Positions 28,323 through 37,541 of a stretch of 64,000 bases of DNA are shown here, one piece after another. The notes under the pieces are model-generated. The model saw only the letters and a program-made list of their open reading frames with translations, did no database searches and was not told the DNA's origin. Position numbers and translations under genes: made by a program. The DNA is from Deltaproteobacteria bacterium. Its GTDB lineage: Bacteria > Desulfobacterota > Desulfarculia > JACQYL01. Location: assembly GCA_016208165.1 (NCBI GenBank), contig JACQYL010000007.1, positions 41,831-105,830 of the forward strand, in the 5' to 3' direction. The first letter of the stretch is position 1, and the number at the start of each line of letters is the position of its first letter.

Positions 28323-29310
28323 TTCCGCCCGGGGAGTTTGGATTTTCGGCGATTACCGGAACTACTTTCAGGACCGGGTCACCCTTCAACTTATTTCAAA
28401 GGGAAAAGAGCTGGCCCAGAAGCTCGAGACCGAGGTTACCGTGATAGTCCTGGGCGATGGTATCCATCAATATGCCATGGAATACGTAGCGCATGGCGCC
28501 GATATAATTATCGCGGTGAACGATTCCCGGTTGAAAGAGTACCAGGTCGAGACGTACGCGGCCGTGGTCGCGGAAATCGTGGAAGGCTACAAACCCGAGA
28601 TTTTGCTTGGAGGCGCCACTTCCTTTGGCAGGGAGCTGTTTCCGAGGTTGGCCAAGAGGCTGAACACGGGACTGAGCGCCGACTGCGTGGCTTTGGAAAT
28701 CGATCCGGAATCCGGTCTGTTGATTCAAACCACTCCGGCTTTCGGAGGCGAGATGCTGGCCGACGTGGTGACGCCCAACCACCGGCCCCAGATGGCTACG
28801 GTGCATCCCGGAATCTTCAAAGAGCGTCCCCACGATTCCGGCATCGTAGGCCGTGTCTTGTATCCTGAAATCGACATCCGCCCTGACGAACGTGTTCAAC
28901 TGATTCGGAGCCGACCCCATCGAACCGGAAAAACGAATCTGGAAGGCGCGGACATCGTGGTTGCCGGGGGAAGAGGCATGGGCCCAAAGGAAGCATTCGA
29001 GATGCTTTATGAACTGGCGGAGCTTCTGGGGGGCGAAGTGGGAGCCACGCGTCCCGCCATCCGAGCCGGCTGGGCGGACGAAGAGCGGCTCCTGGGACAG
29101 ACGGGAAAAACCGTGAAGCCCAAGCTGCTGATTTCTTTAGGCACTTCCGGAGCATTGCAGTACACAGCCGGAATTCAGGGCGCGGAAACCATCATTGCCG
29201 TGAATCGGGATCCCAATGCCCCCATATTCAAAATGGCGGATTTGGCCCTGGAGGGAGATGCACGATCCATCATTGCCGCGCTGCTGGAAGAACTTCGTAA
29301 ACGAGTTTGA
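28300..29310 (+). CDS. etfA: electron transfer flavoprotein alpha subunit
   Basis: GVWIFGDYRN start region; VVAGGRGMG and ISLGTSGALQYTAGI FAD-binding segments. Overlaps etfB by 23 nt. Confidence 0.85.
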   Translation: MKKTRNRNSARGVWIFGDYRNYFQDRVTLQLISKGKELAQKLETEVTVIVLGDGIHQYAMEYVAHGADIIIAVNDSRLKEYQVETYAAVVAEIVEGYKPEILLGGATSFGRELFPRLAKRLNTGLSADCVALEIDPESGLLIQTTPAFGGEMLADVVTPNHRPQMATVHPGIFKERPHDSGIVGRVLYPEIDIRPDERVQLIRSRPHRTGKTNLEGADIVVAGGRGMGPKEAFEMLYELAELLGGEVGATRPAIRAGWADEERLLGQTGKTVKPKLLISLGTSGALQYTAGIQGAETIIAVNRDPNAPIFKMADLALEGDARSIIAALLEELRKRV

Positions 29311-29331
29311 ACCTCCGATGGAACGAACACC

Positions 29332-29784
29332 ATGAAAAGCACTGAAAGCTTGATCAGCGCCCACCACAACTACCTTGTGAACAACGTGCTTACGCCCGGC
29401 TTCATTCTGGGCAATCCGAGTTCCGGGGATGCGTTCTACCTGTTGGCGGATGTCGTGTTGCCGGGAGAGAGCACGCCTCGTTTTTCCGCCCGTCTCTTCG
29501 ATGACCAGGGGCGGTTCCTCGTCGAACTCGATTGGAATCGGATTCGCGGAAACTCCGGACGCTGTTCGTACCAATCGCTTCCCGGAGGGTTCCGGATTGT
29601 TTGCGATTCGGGAGACCCCTTGCTGTCCGTACGAACCGAGAGTTTTCCGAACGGGTATCTCACCCATATCCAAGGCAAGCTCTTCGACGAGAACGCAAAG
29701 ATGCGAATGGAGACCTCGTTTGCGGGAGTCAGGGTATATGGAGAAGCGCAGCTAACCATCCAGGCCCCTTATCAGCTCAAATAG
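29332..29784 (+). CDS. hypothetical protein
   Basis: 150-aa ORF 21 nt after etfA on the same strand, with beta-rich composition and a weak SD. Confidence 0.45.
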   Translation: MKSTESLISAHHNYLVNNVLTPGFILGNPSSGDAFYLLADVVLPGESTPRFSARLFDDQGRFLVELDWNRIRGNSGRCSYQSLPGGFRIVCDSGDPLLSVRTESFPNGYLTHIQGKLFDENAKMRMETSFAGVRVYGEAQLTIQAPYQLK

Positions 29785-29880
29785 CACCTATTGCCGAAAC
29801 GTACGGCGCCGCATTTGCCTTTGCCCCGGCACCGGCGGGAGAAAATCGGAGGAAAACGAAGGGGCCTCTTCCGAGGACCG

Positions 29881-30912
29881 ATGGAAGCATTCTTAGAAGA
29901 CATCGCGGATCGATACCATATTCACGCATCCGGGTCGATACACAGGATGGGTTCAGCGTCATGCTCGTGGCGGTTCAGCGATGTTTCGGGAAAACAGTGG
30001 GTACTGAAGACCGGGCGCCCGGACGCTCGCACCTTCACGATCCTGCAGGGTTTCGCGCTGTTGTTCCCTCCGTTTCGCCATCCGGAGCCCACTTCTCGCG
30101 TAGACGATCCTTATCTCCTATACCCGTTTATGGACGGCGTTCCGCTCGATCAAGGCCTTTTCGAAACCCCCGAAGTCGTGGCTCAGGTGCTGGAGGTCAT
30201 TGACAGGCTGCCCGTGTTGATGCGTTCGCTCGCTTTGATTCCCCAATTTGAACGGGCTCTGCGTTTGAGAAACGAGGGCTTTTCCCCTTCGAGAAGCCGC
30301 GAAGCCTCTCGGCCGAAGGCCCTCGCTGATCCGGGCGAAACCGTTTCCAACCACCACCAGCGCCAGGATATCGACTGTTCGTTTCAGTGGACGAAGGACA
30401 GAGCCAACGCCTGCTGCGACTTCATGAGAACGTCATGCATTTGGCCTGAGACCCTCCTGGATGCCTTCAAAGCGTATGCGCACAGCATGCAATCCATTCA
30501 TTTTGCCATCGCCGGAAACAACTTGTCGCACACGGCCCTCGTGCCGGAACACCTCGTTTTGGATGACCATAAAACCCTCTGCATTCTCGGATGGCGCATC
30601 GAGCCCCGCCCCAGATTCTTCATGATGTACTCGTATCTGGCATGGGAAGCGCTCTACTCGGGGAAACCGGATCCGTTCGATGATTATCGGGCGCGACTAT
30701 TGGGAAACCGTTCGAGACCGTTTTACGACCAGCATCTGCTCGTAGCGGCCTTCTGCCTGCTCGACCAGGTCGAACGCTGCTTATCTTCGCACGCGTTCTC
30801 GCAGGCATGGGTTGAAAAGGCCCGACCGGCCGAAGATCTGTTCAGGGATTGCGTTGAAAGGCTGGATACACTGAAAACGGGGCGGCCCGCACTTTCGAAT
30901 GCGGATCTCTGA
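29881..30912 (+). CDS. aminoglycoside-phosphotransferase-like (kinase-fold) protein with substituted catalytic residues
   Basis: GAGGA upstream of ATG 29881. SHTALVPEHLVLDD...ILGWRIE aligns by eye with the APH motif HGDLHPGNIL...IIDWE. The ORF is open from 29791. Confidence 0.5.
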   Translation: MEAFLEDIADRYHIHASGSIHRMGSASCSWRFSDVSGKQWVLKTGRPDARTFTILQGFALLFPPFRHPEPTSRVDDPYLLYPFMDGVPLDQGLFETPEVVAQVLEVIDRLPVLMRSLALIPQFERALRLRNEGFSPSRSREASRPKALADPGETVSNHHQRQDIDCSFQWTKDRANACCDFMRTSCIWPETLLDAFKAYAHSMQSIHFAIAGNNLSHTALVPEHLVLDDHKTLCILGWRIEPRPRFFMMYSYLAWEALYSGKPDPFDDYRARLLGNRSRPFYDQHLLVAAFCLLDQVERCLSSHAFSQAWVEKARPAEDLFRDCVERLDTLKTGRPALSNADL

Positions 30913-31125
30913 CGTCGACTGGAAAATCTGCAGTGAGTGAGGAAGAAAGCCATTCCGAAGAACAAGGAGCTATCCACTTTGGCGAAAGATCTTACCTTTC
31001 GGGAATCCCCCGGTTTGAAGGCGACCCAGGGGACCTCATCGGGCTTCCCGAGCGGATAAATCGGTAGATCCAAACACGAGTCCGCGGATATCTGCACGAA
31101 GAAGCCTTGCCATCTAACTTGACAG

Positions 31126-31154
31126 TTGACAAGACAGATCTACTTCATTACACT
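31126..31154 (+). promoter_or_regulatory. candidate sigma-70 promoter of the nad operon, with a duplicated -35-like box
   Basis: TTGACA (31119-24) and TTGACA (31126-31) in tandem. From the second box: 17 nt, then TACACT (31149-54). Confidence 0.45.
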
Positions 31155-31185
31155 GCGCCAACTTTATGGTTCCGGGAGGAGCGTT

Positions 31186-32916
31186 TTGGAAGTAATCCGT
31201 GTGGACTGTCTGATTATCGGGGCCGGCATTGGCGGGCTTTTCTGCGCGCTGAAATTGGAATCCACCGGAAGCGTGGCCGTGTTGAGCAAAGGAACGGTTC
31301 TGCAAAGCGCCACCGCCCTGGCGCAGGGTGGTATCGCGGCCGCGGTGGCCCCCGGCGATTCTCCCGCCCTGCACGCCCAGGACACTCTTTACGCCGGCGA
31401 CGGCGCCTGCTTGCCGTCCGCCGTAGAGATTCTCGTAAGCGAGGGTCCTCTGAGGGTTCGCGAACTCGCCGACCTCGGGGTGCCTTTCGACACGCATCCC
31501 GACGGGACGTTCCGTCTCGCCATGGAAGGGGCGCACGGTCGGGCAAGGGTCATTCCGGCCGGAGGGGACGGCACGGGCAGGGCCGTGGCCGAGGTGCTCA
31601 TTGACGCCGTCCGGAAACTCCCACAGATTGAAATCATCGAAGAAACCGAGGCCCTGGACCTCTTGCTCCATCGAGGCCGATGCGTCGGCGCTCTGACCGT
31701 GACAGGCGTCGGAGAATTTCGCTTGTTTGTCGCAAAACGGGCGGTTGTGCTTGCAACGGGGGGGTATGCACGTATCTTTCAGGCAACCACCAGCGGCGAA
31801 TTCGGCGCCGGAGACGGGTTGGCTATGGCCTATCGAGCCGGGGCTCGCCTGGCGGACATGGAATTCGTTCAGTTCCACCCCACGGCCTTGGACTCCGGAG
31901 AAGACCCCCTCTGTCTGATCTCGGAGGCGGTGCGAGGCCACGGAGCCGCTTTGCTCACCGGGGACGGGGACCGATTTATGGCCCGCCGGCATACTCTGGC
32001 CGATCTGGCCCCAAGAGATGTGGTGGCGCGAGCGATATTCGAGCAGCAACTCCAAGGCCGCCGCGTGTTTCTGGACACTACCTCCGTGGGGGACAGTTTC
32101 CGGGAGCGCTTTCCTTCCGTCTATCGCACGTGCTTGCAACGGTCCATTGATCCGGTTCACGAATTGCCGCCCGTCACCCCGGCAGCTCACTTCACAATGG
32201 GAGGAGTACTGACGGACCTGGACGGAGCGACCAATGTTCCGGGCCTGTTTGCATGCGGAGAAGTCGCATGCACCGGCGTCCACGGGGCCAATCGTCTGGC
32301 CAGCAACTCTCTACTGGAGGGCTTGGTATTTGCTCGTCGGGTCGCCCAAAGTGTTTCCGGCCGCCGGTCCCGACTGGCGGATTCGGCGGATCCGGATCCT
32401 CGCGCGTTGGAGACGATCTCCGACCGGTTTCACATGCGACCTCCGAGAGCCGCCCCTGATTCTCCGAACCGGAGCCGGTTTCTCGAAGCAGCCGATCGTC
32501 TCCGGCAGTGCATGTGGCGCAACGTTGGATTGATCCGAAACAAGGACGGGCTTCTGAAGGCGAAGGATATCCTGAATGAAATAAGCACAACGATTCCGGA
32601 CGGGCCGACGAGTTTGAGAAATATGGTCCTGGTGGCGCGACTCGTGACGGAGGCGTCCTTGTTACGAGAGGAAAGCAGAGGCAGCCATTATCGGAGCGAT
32701 TTCCAGCACGCCGCTCCATTCTGGAAACACCGGCGCATCATTTTCGAGAAGGGAAGCGTTTTCCATGAATCCTTTACAGGTGGAGAACATTGTACGGAAA
32801 GCATTGGAGGAGGACCTGGGGCGGGGAGACGTGACTACTGCGGCCCTCATACCGGAACACAAGATCGGGGAAGGCGTCCTGACGAGCCGCTCCGAAGGGG
32901 TTTTGGCCGGCATTGA
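31186..32916 (+). CDS. nadB: L-aspartate oxidase
   Basis: DCLIIGAGIGG FAD fold, ATALAQGGIAAA and ESRGSHYRSDF. TTG 31186 lies 6 nt after GGAGG. The maximal ORF (31126) would contain its own promoter. Confidence 0.85.
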   Translation: MEVIRVDCLIIGAGIGGLFCALKLESTGSVAVLSKGTVLQSATALAQGGIAAAVAPGDSPALHAQDTLYAGDGACLPSAVEILVSEGPLRVRELADLGVPFDTHPDGTFRLAMEGAHGRARVIPAGGDGTGRAVAEVLIDAVRKLPQIEIIEETEALDLLLHRGRCVGALTVTGVGEFRLFVAKRAVVLATGGYARIFQATTSGEFGAGDGLAMAYRAGARLADMEFVQFHPTALDSGEDPLCLISEAVRGHGAALLTGDGDRFMARRHTLADLAPRDVVARAIFEQQLQGRRVFLDTTSVGDSFRERFPSVYRTCLQRSIDPVHELPPVTPAAHFTMGGVLTDLDGATNVPGLFACGEVACTGVHGANRLASNSLLEGLVFARRVAQSVSGRRSRLADSADPDPRALETISDRFHMRPPRAAPDSPNRSRFLEAADRLRQCMWRNVGLIRNKDGLLKAKDILNEISTTIPDGPTSLRNMVLVARLVTEASLLREESRGSHYRSDFQHAAPFWKHRRIIFEKGSVFHESFTGGEHCTESIGGGPGAGRRDYCGPHTGTQDRGRRPDEPLRRGFGRH

Positions 32917-33598
32917 AGTCGCGGACATCGCCTTCCGCCTGTTGGACCCGGATGCGCGAATGGAGCGGCTGGTCAAAGACGGGGACCGTCTGGCTCCCAA
33001 TCGAGTCATTGCGCGCGTCCGGTGCAAACTTCGCGCTTTGCTTTCGGCCGAACGGGTCGCTTTGAATTTCCTTCAACGTCTGTCCGGAATCGCAACGGCC
33101 ACGGCTGAGGTGGTCGAAATCGTGAAACCTTATGGCGTCCGTGTTCTGGATACCCGTAAGACCACACCCGGCCTGCGAGTAATGGAAAAGTATGCAATTC
33201 GCATGGGAGGAGGATGGAATCACCGCCTCGGCCTGGACGACGCGGTTCTGATCAAGGACAATCACCTGCGGATTGTGGGAAGCATAAGAAGGGCCGTGGC
33301 GTCGGCTCGCGCCTGCGTGGGCCCTTTGGTCAAGGTGGAAGTGGAAGTGGAAACCTTGGATCAGGTTCAAGAGGCTGTGGACGCCGGAGCCGATATGATT
33401 CTCCTGGATAATATGCCCCTCGAAACCATGCGTCGCGCCGTGAACCTGGTGGGCGGAGGAATGCTCATCGAAGCTTCGGGAAACATTCATCCGGACAATG
33501 CTGCGGTCGTGGCGGCCACGGGAGTGGATTTCATCTCCCTGGGTTGGCTGACCCACTCCGCGAAATCGGTGGACATCGGCTTGGATATGGCGGACTGA
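32765..33598 (+). CDS. nadC: nicotinate-nucleotide diphosphorylase (carboxylating)
   Basis: ALEEDLGRGDVTT N-terminus; LDTRKTTPGLRVMEKYAIRMGGG. Confidence 0.9.
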   Translation: MNPLQVENIVRKALEEDLGRGDVTTAALIPEHKIGEGVLTSRSEGVLAGIEVADIAFRLLDPDARMERLVKDGDRLAPNRVIARVRCKLRALLSAERVALNFLQRLSGIATATAEVVEIVKPYGVRVLDTRKTTPGLRVMEKYAIRMGGGWNHRLGLDDAVLIKDNHLRIVGSIRRAVASARACVGPLVKVEVEVETLDQVQEAVDAGADMILLDNMPLETMRRAVNLVGGGMLIEASGNIHPDNAAVVAATGVDFISLGWLTHSAKSVDIGLDMAD

Positions 33599-33653
33599 CC
33601 TCCCGTACGAGCATTGCCTTCTCTGAGTAAACTCCCTGACCGGAGGGATATGC

Positions 33654-34766
33654 ATGGCTACAGATAGACGAGAAGCACCCGATCCGCCGCTGTTCGAGAG
33701 CAACGAGCCGTCCCCTCCGTTGGCCGAAATCCGGGAAGGCATAGCGCGGGCTAAAGCCCGGCTTGGAGACCGTGTCGTCATTTTGGCGCACCACTATCAG
33801 GGGGACGATGTTATTGAGTCGGCCGATTTTGTGGGAGATTCGCTTAAACTTTCACATCAGGCCGCGCACCGGAGCGCAGCCGGATACATCGTTTTCTGCG
33901 GCGTGCGCTTCATGGCGGAAACCGCCGAGGTTCTGTCGTCTCCGGATCAGACGGTGTTTTTGCCAAACCCTGCTGCCGGTTGTCCCTTGGCGGACATGGC
34001 GGGTCTCCAACAGGTGCGTCTGTGCTGGGAGGCCCTTCGGTCACTCTGGGACGACGGAATCGCACCCGTCACGTATATTAATTCCAGCGCAGAACTTAAA
34101 GCGTTCTGCGGACGCAACGGCGGCACGGTCTGCACCTCGTCGAACGCAGGAACCGTCATGCGATGGGCCTTCGAGGCCGGCAGACGCGTCCTTTTTTTCC
34201 CGGACGAACATTTGGGGAGAAACACCGGCGTGTCTTTGGGCCTGCCGACGAAGGCGATCTGCGTCTGGGACCCCGAGAAGGAAGCCCTTCTTGGAGATTA
34301 TGATCAAGCGAGACTGATCTTATGGAACGGTTTCTGTCCTGTCCACGGGAACTTCTCGCCGAGGCACGTGGAAATGGCGAGGAAGCGTTATCCCGGCGTT
34401 CGAGTGATAGTGCATCCGGAATGTCCGCACGAAGTAGTGCGATCCGCCGACGATGCCGGGTCTACGGAGCACATTATTGAATGCATCCACTCTTCCGAAC
34501 CAGGGTCTCGCTGGGCTGTAGGAACCGACATTCGCCTTGTACGCCGTCTTGCCCGGCAACAACCGGAAAAAGAGGTCTTTTCACTTGCGGAATCCGTGCC
34601 TCCGTGTTTGAATATGGGCAAGATCAAGCCGCTGAGTCTGCTCCGTACCCTGGAGGGATTGTTGGAGGGCGAGGCTGTAGCACGGGTGCGCGTAAGACCG
34701 GAAACAGCAAAGTGGGCGAGGGTTGCGTTGGAGCGCATGCTGGCCATCACCCGGACACGGAGGTGA
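33654..34766 (+). CDS. nadA: quinolinate synthase
   Basis: VVILAHHYQ, FVGDSL, CPLADM, INSSAELKAF and HPECP cluster-ligand regions. Confidence 0.85.
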   Translation: MATDRREAPDPPLFESNEPSPPLAEIREGIARAKARLGDRVVILAHHYQGDDVIESADFVGDSLKLSHQAAHRSAAGYIVFCGVRFMAETAEVLSSPDQTVFLPNPAAGCPLADMAGLQQVRLCWEALRSLWDDGIAPVTYINSSAELKAFCGRNGGTVCTSSNAGTVMRWAFEAGRRVLFFPDEHLGRNTGVSLGLPTKAICVWDPEKEALLGDYDQARLILWNGFCPVHGNFSPRHVEMARKRYPGVRVIVHPECPHEVVRSADDAGSTEHIIECIHSSEPGSRWAVGTDIRLVRRLARQQPEKEVFSLAESVPPCLNMGKIKPLSLLRTLEGLLEGEAVARVRVRPETAKWARVALERMLAITRTRR

Positions 34767-34767
34767 A

Positions 34768-35277
34768 ATGGGCCGAAAAGAGCAGCTGATGGACATTCTG
34801 GCCAACAGTCAGGAACCGGTGGCAGGACGGGAATTGGCCGACCGGCTGGGAGTGAGTCGCCAGGTTGTGGTTCAGCATGTGGCCATACTTAGAGCGCGTG
34901 GCGTGGAAGTGCTCGCCACGTCCCGCGGTTACATGCTTCCCCGAGAACCGGCGCCATACACGCGTCGAGCCGTTCTGGCAACGAAACACTCTCCCGAGGA
35001 AACGGAGGAGGAACTGTTTATCCTCGTGGACCACGGAGTCAAAGTGCTAAATGTCCTCGTCGAGCACCCATTGTATGGTGAACTGTGCGGTAATCTCATG
35101 CTTCAATCCAGGATGGACGTCCAGCGCTTTTTGGAGCGCGTAAAAGCCGAACAGGCCGCATTGCTTTCAGTACTCACGGACGGAGTTCACCTCCACACCG
35201 TGGAATATCAGGACTCTCAGAGCTTCGAGGCGGCGCTGGCCCGCTTATCCGAAAAGGGATACCTGATAACGGATTGA
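34768..35277 (+). CDS. niaR: NiaR-type transcriptional repressor (HTH + 3H domain)
   Basis: ATG 34768 lies 1 nt after the nadA stop, with GGAGGTG upstream. Has an N-terminal HTH (RELADRLGVSRQVVVQHV) and conserved His residues of the 3H domain. Confidence 0.75.
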   Translation: MGRKEQLMDILANSQEPVAGRELADRLGVSRQVVVQHVAILRARGVEVLATSRGYMLPREPAPYTRRAVLATKHSPEETEEELFILVDHGVKVLNVLVEHPLYGELCGNLMLQSRMDVQRFLERVKAEQAALLSVLTDGVHLHTVEYQDSQSFEAALARLSEKGYLITD

Positions 35278-35440
35278 CGGTCGTTTCAGAATCCTTTTGT
35301 CCGCGTAAGGGAAGACTATCCCCACCTTGGTGTCGCACTGTAAGAAAACGATATCTTATGTCCTTCAAACAATTATGAAACAGCCCCAATCCGGGAAAAT
35401 CTCATTGACCGCGATCACGTCTACTGTCCGCCCAACGCCA

Positions 35441-37537
35441 CTATAGGCTTTCCTCCTGGTATCGATTGAGGTCGTAATAAAGTCCTTTCAGAGCCATCAG
35501 CTCCTCATGGGCGCCTGATTCAAGAATGCGGCCGCGCTTTATCACAAAAATCTTGTCTGCGTTACGGATAGTCGAGAGACGGTGGGCCACAATCAGAGTG
35601 GTGCGCCGGCGCATGATCTGCTGCAGCGCCTGCTGGATCAATTGTTCCGTTTCCGGATCCAGATTGGCGGTGGCTTCATCCAGAATCAATATCTTGGGGT
35701 CATGGACCAGGACGCGGGCGAAAGCCAGCAGTTGTCGCTCGCCGGACGACAATATCACTCCCCCCTCCCCTATTTCGTGCCCGTAAGCGCCGGGCAGCTT
35801 TTCGATATAGGAATGGGCCCGAATCTTCCGCATTAGTGTCCGGACTTCATCGAGGCTCCATTCTTCCCGATTCATCCGGATGTTTTCCAGGACGCTGCCG
35901 GAAAAGAGCGTGACGTCCTGCGTCACCAGTCCAACACTCGAGCGGAGCGCATCCAGGTCCCAGCGCTCGATGTCCACGCCGTCGATAAGGATGCTTCCCC
36001 GATCCGGCCGATAAAAGCGTTCCAACAGGTGGATTACGGAGGTCTTTCCGGCCCCGGTGGCTCCCACCAAGGCAACGGTCTGGCCGGGTTTCACCTCGAA
36101 GGAAATACCGTTCAATACCGGTTCCCCCTTCTGGTAAGAAAAGCAAACGTCCCGGAATTCGACTCTGCCGTCGACGGATGCGGGGGAGGAGGGTTCCACG
36201 GGCCGAGGTATTTCCTCATTATGATCAAGCAGTTGAAATATCCGTTCCGTGCTGGCCAGAGCGGACTGCATGATATTGAATTTCTCCGAAATTTCTCGTA
36301 TCGGACGAAACAGCAGCTGAATGTACCCGATAAACGCCACGAGGATTCCCAACGTTATCTCTTCGCGCAGTACCTCGCCGCCCCCGTGCCAGATCATAAG
36401 GGCTAGGGCGAATGAAGCAAGCAGTTCGATGGCGGGCATGAATATCGCAAAGACCACGATCTGCTTCATGCCCGCCCGGTAGTTGTTCGTATTGATCTTT
36501 TCGAATTGGGATAGCCTGAACGTCTCCCGCACAAACTGCTGGATGATGGGCATATTTTTAAAGCTTTCCTGAAGAAAACCGTTCAGACGAGCGATATGGA
36601 TTCGGATCTCCCGAAATGCCTCCCGCGCCAGGCGGGCAAAAACGAACGTCAACGCCAAGACGAATGGGAGCAAAACAAAACAGATCAGCGCCAAAGGACG
36701 GTTCAGGCGAAGCATGACGATCATAACGCCGGAGACAACAAAAATATCCTTGAATACAGCCAGAATCACCGATTTGAACAGTTCGTTCAGGTTCTGAACA
36801 TCGTTGGTCACTCGAGTCACGAGCTTTCCCGTCAGATTACGATCAAAGAAGCTGACGGACTGCCGTATAAGGTGGCTGAACAGATCCACCCGGATGTCCT
36901 GCATGATGTGCTGTGAAATCCACTCGAGCAGATAGATGGAACCGAAGAACAGGAAGAACGAAAAAACGATAGCTCCGACAAAAACCAGAGCCACTTGGAC
37001 TACGCCCATCAAATCCGCGCTTCGCAGCAAGCGGATATCTTGTTCCGGAAGCTTGTCCAGGTCCTCGTAATCCACATAAAGGCGATTCCCTGCGCGCTCG
37101 AATTGCCGAGGGTATTGTCGCACCACGGGCTCGAAGGAAGGATCCCAGTCGCACCCGTAAAACCTGCGCTCTCCGATCAACTTTGCCTTTTTGAATACAT
37201 GGAAATGCTGTGGATCGATGCTCGACAGCTCGGCTTTGGATAGAAAACGTCTGTTCTGAAGAAGGCTCCGGTAGTTCTTCCAAGATTCTTCGGCTTCGGT
37301 TCCCGCCTCGGGAGCCGGAGCCACGCGATAGTAGGACGGCAAGATGTACTGATCTATCGCCACCTTGGTGATGTAAGGAACGACAAGGTCCAGACCCGTG
37401 CTGGCGAGAGTAAGAAGGAGCACCACCCATACGGTCCTCTTGTACGAGGCGATATAGGGAAACAGGCGCTTGACGAGCTTGAGATTTCGGATCTTCCCCT
37501 GGTCTTCGCCTTCCATGTAACCGTAAGATTCATGCAT
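35441..37537 (-). CDS. ABC exporter, fused permease/ATPase, with an enlarged first external loop
   Basis: Six-TM exporter fold; Walker A GATGAGKTS, signature SSGERQ, Walker B ILILDEAT. Confidence 0.85.
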   Translation of the reverse strand: MHESYGYMEGEDQGKIRNLKLVKRLFPYIASYKRTVWVVLLLTLASTGLDLVVPYITKVAIDQYILPSYYRVAPAPEAGTEAEESWKNYRSLLQNRRFLSKAELSSIDPQHFHVFKKAKLIGERRFYGCDWDPSFEPVVRQYPRQFERAGNRLYVDYEDLDKLPEQDIRLLRSADLMGVVQVALVFVGAIVFSFFLFFGSIYLLEWISQHIMQDIRVDLFSHLIRQSVSFFDRNLTGKLVTRVTNDVQNLNELFKSVILAVFKDIFVVSGVMIVMLRLNRPLALICFVLLPFVLALTFVFARLAREAFREIRIHIARLNGFLQESFKNMPIIQQFVRETFRLSQFEKINTNNYRAGMKQIVVFAIFMPAIELLASFALALMIWHGGGEVLREEITLGILVAFIGYIQLLFRPIREISEKFNIMQSALASTERIFQLLDHNEEIPRPVEPSSPASVDGRVEFRDVCFSYQKGEPVLNGISFEVKPGQTVALVGATGAGKTSVIHLLERFYRPDRGSILIDGVDIERWDLDALRSSVGLVTQDVTLFSGSVLENIRMNREEWSLDEVRTLMRKIRAHSYIEKLPGAYGHEIGEGGVILSSGERQLLAFARVLVHDPKILILDEATANLDPETEQLIQQALQQIMRRRTTLIVAHRLSTIRNADKIFVIKRGRILESGAHEELMALKGLYYDLNRYQEESL

Positions 37538-37541
37538 GCGG

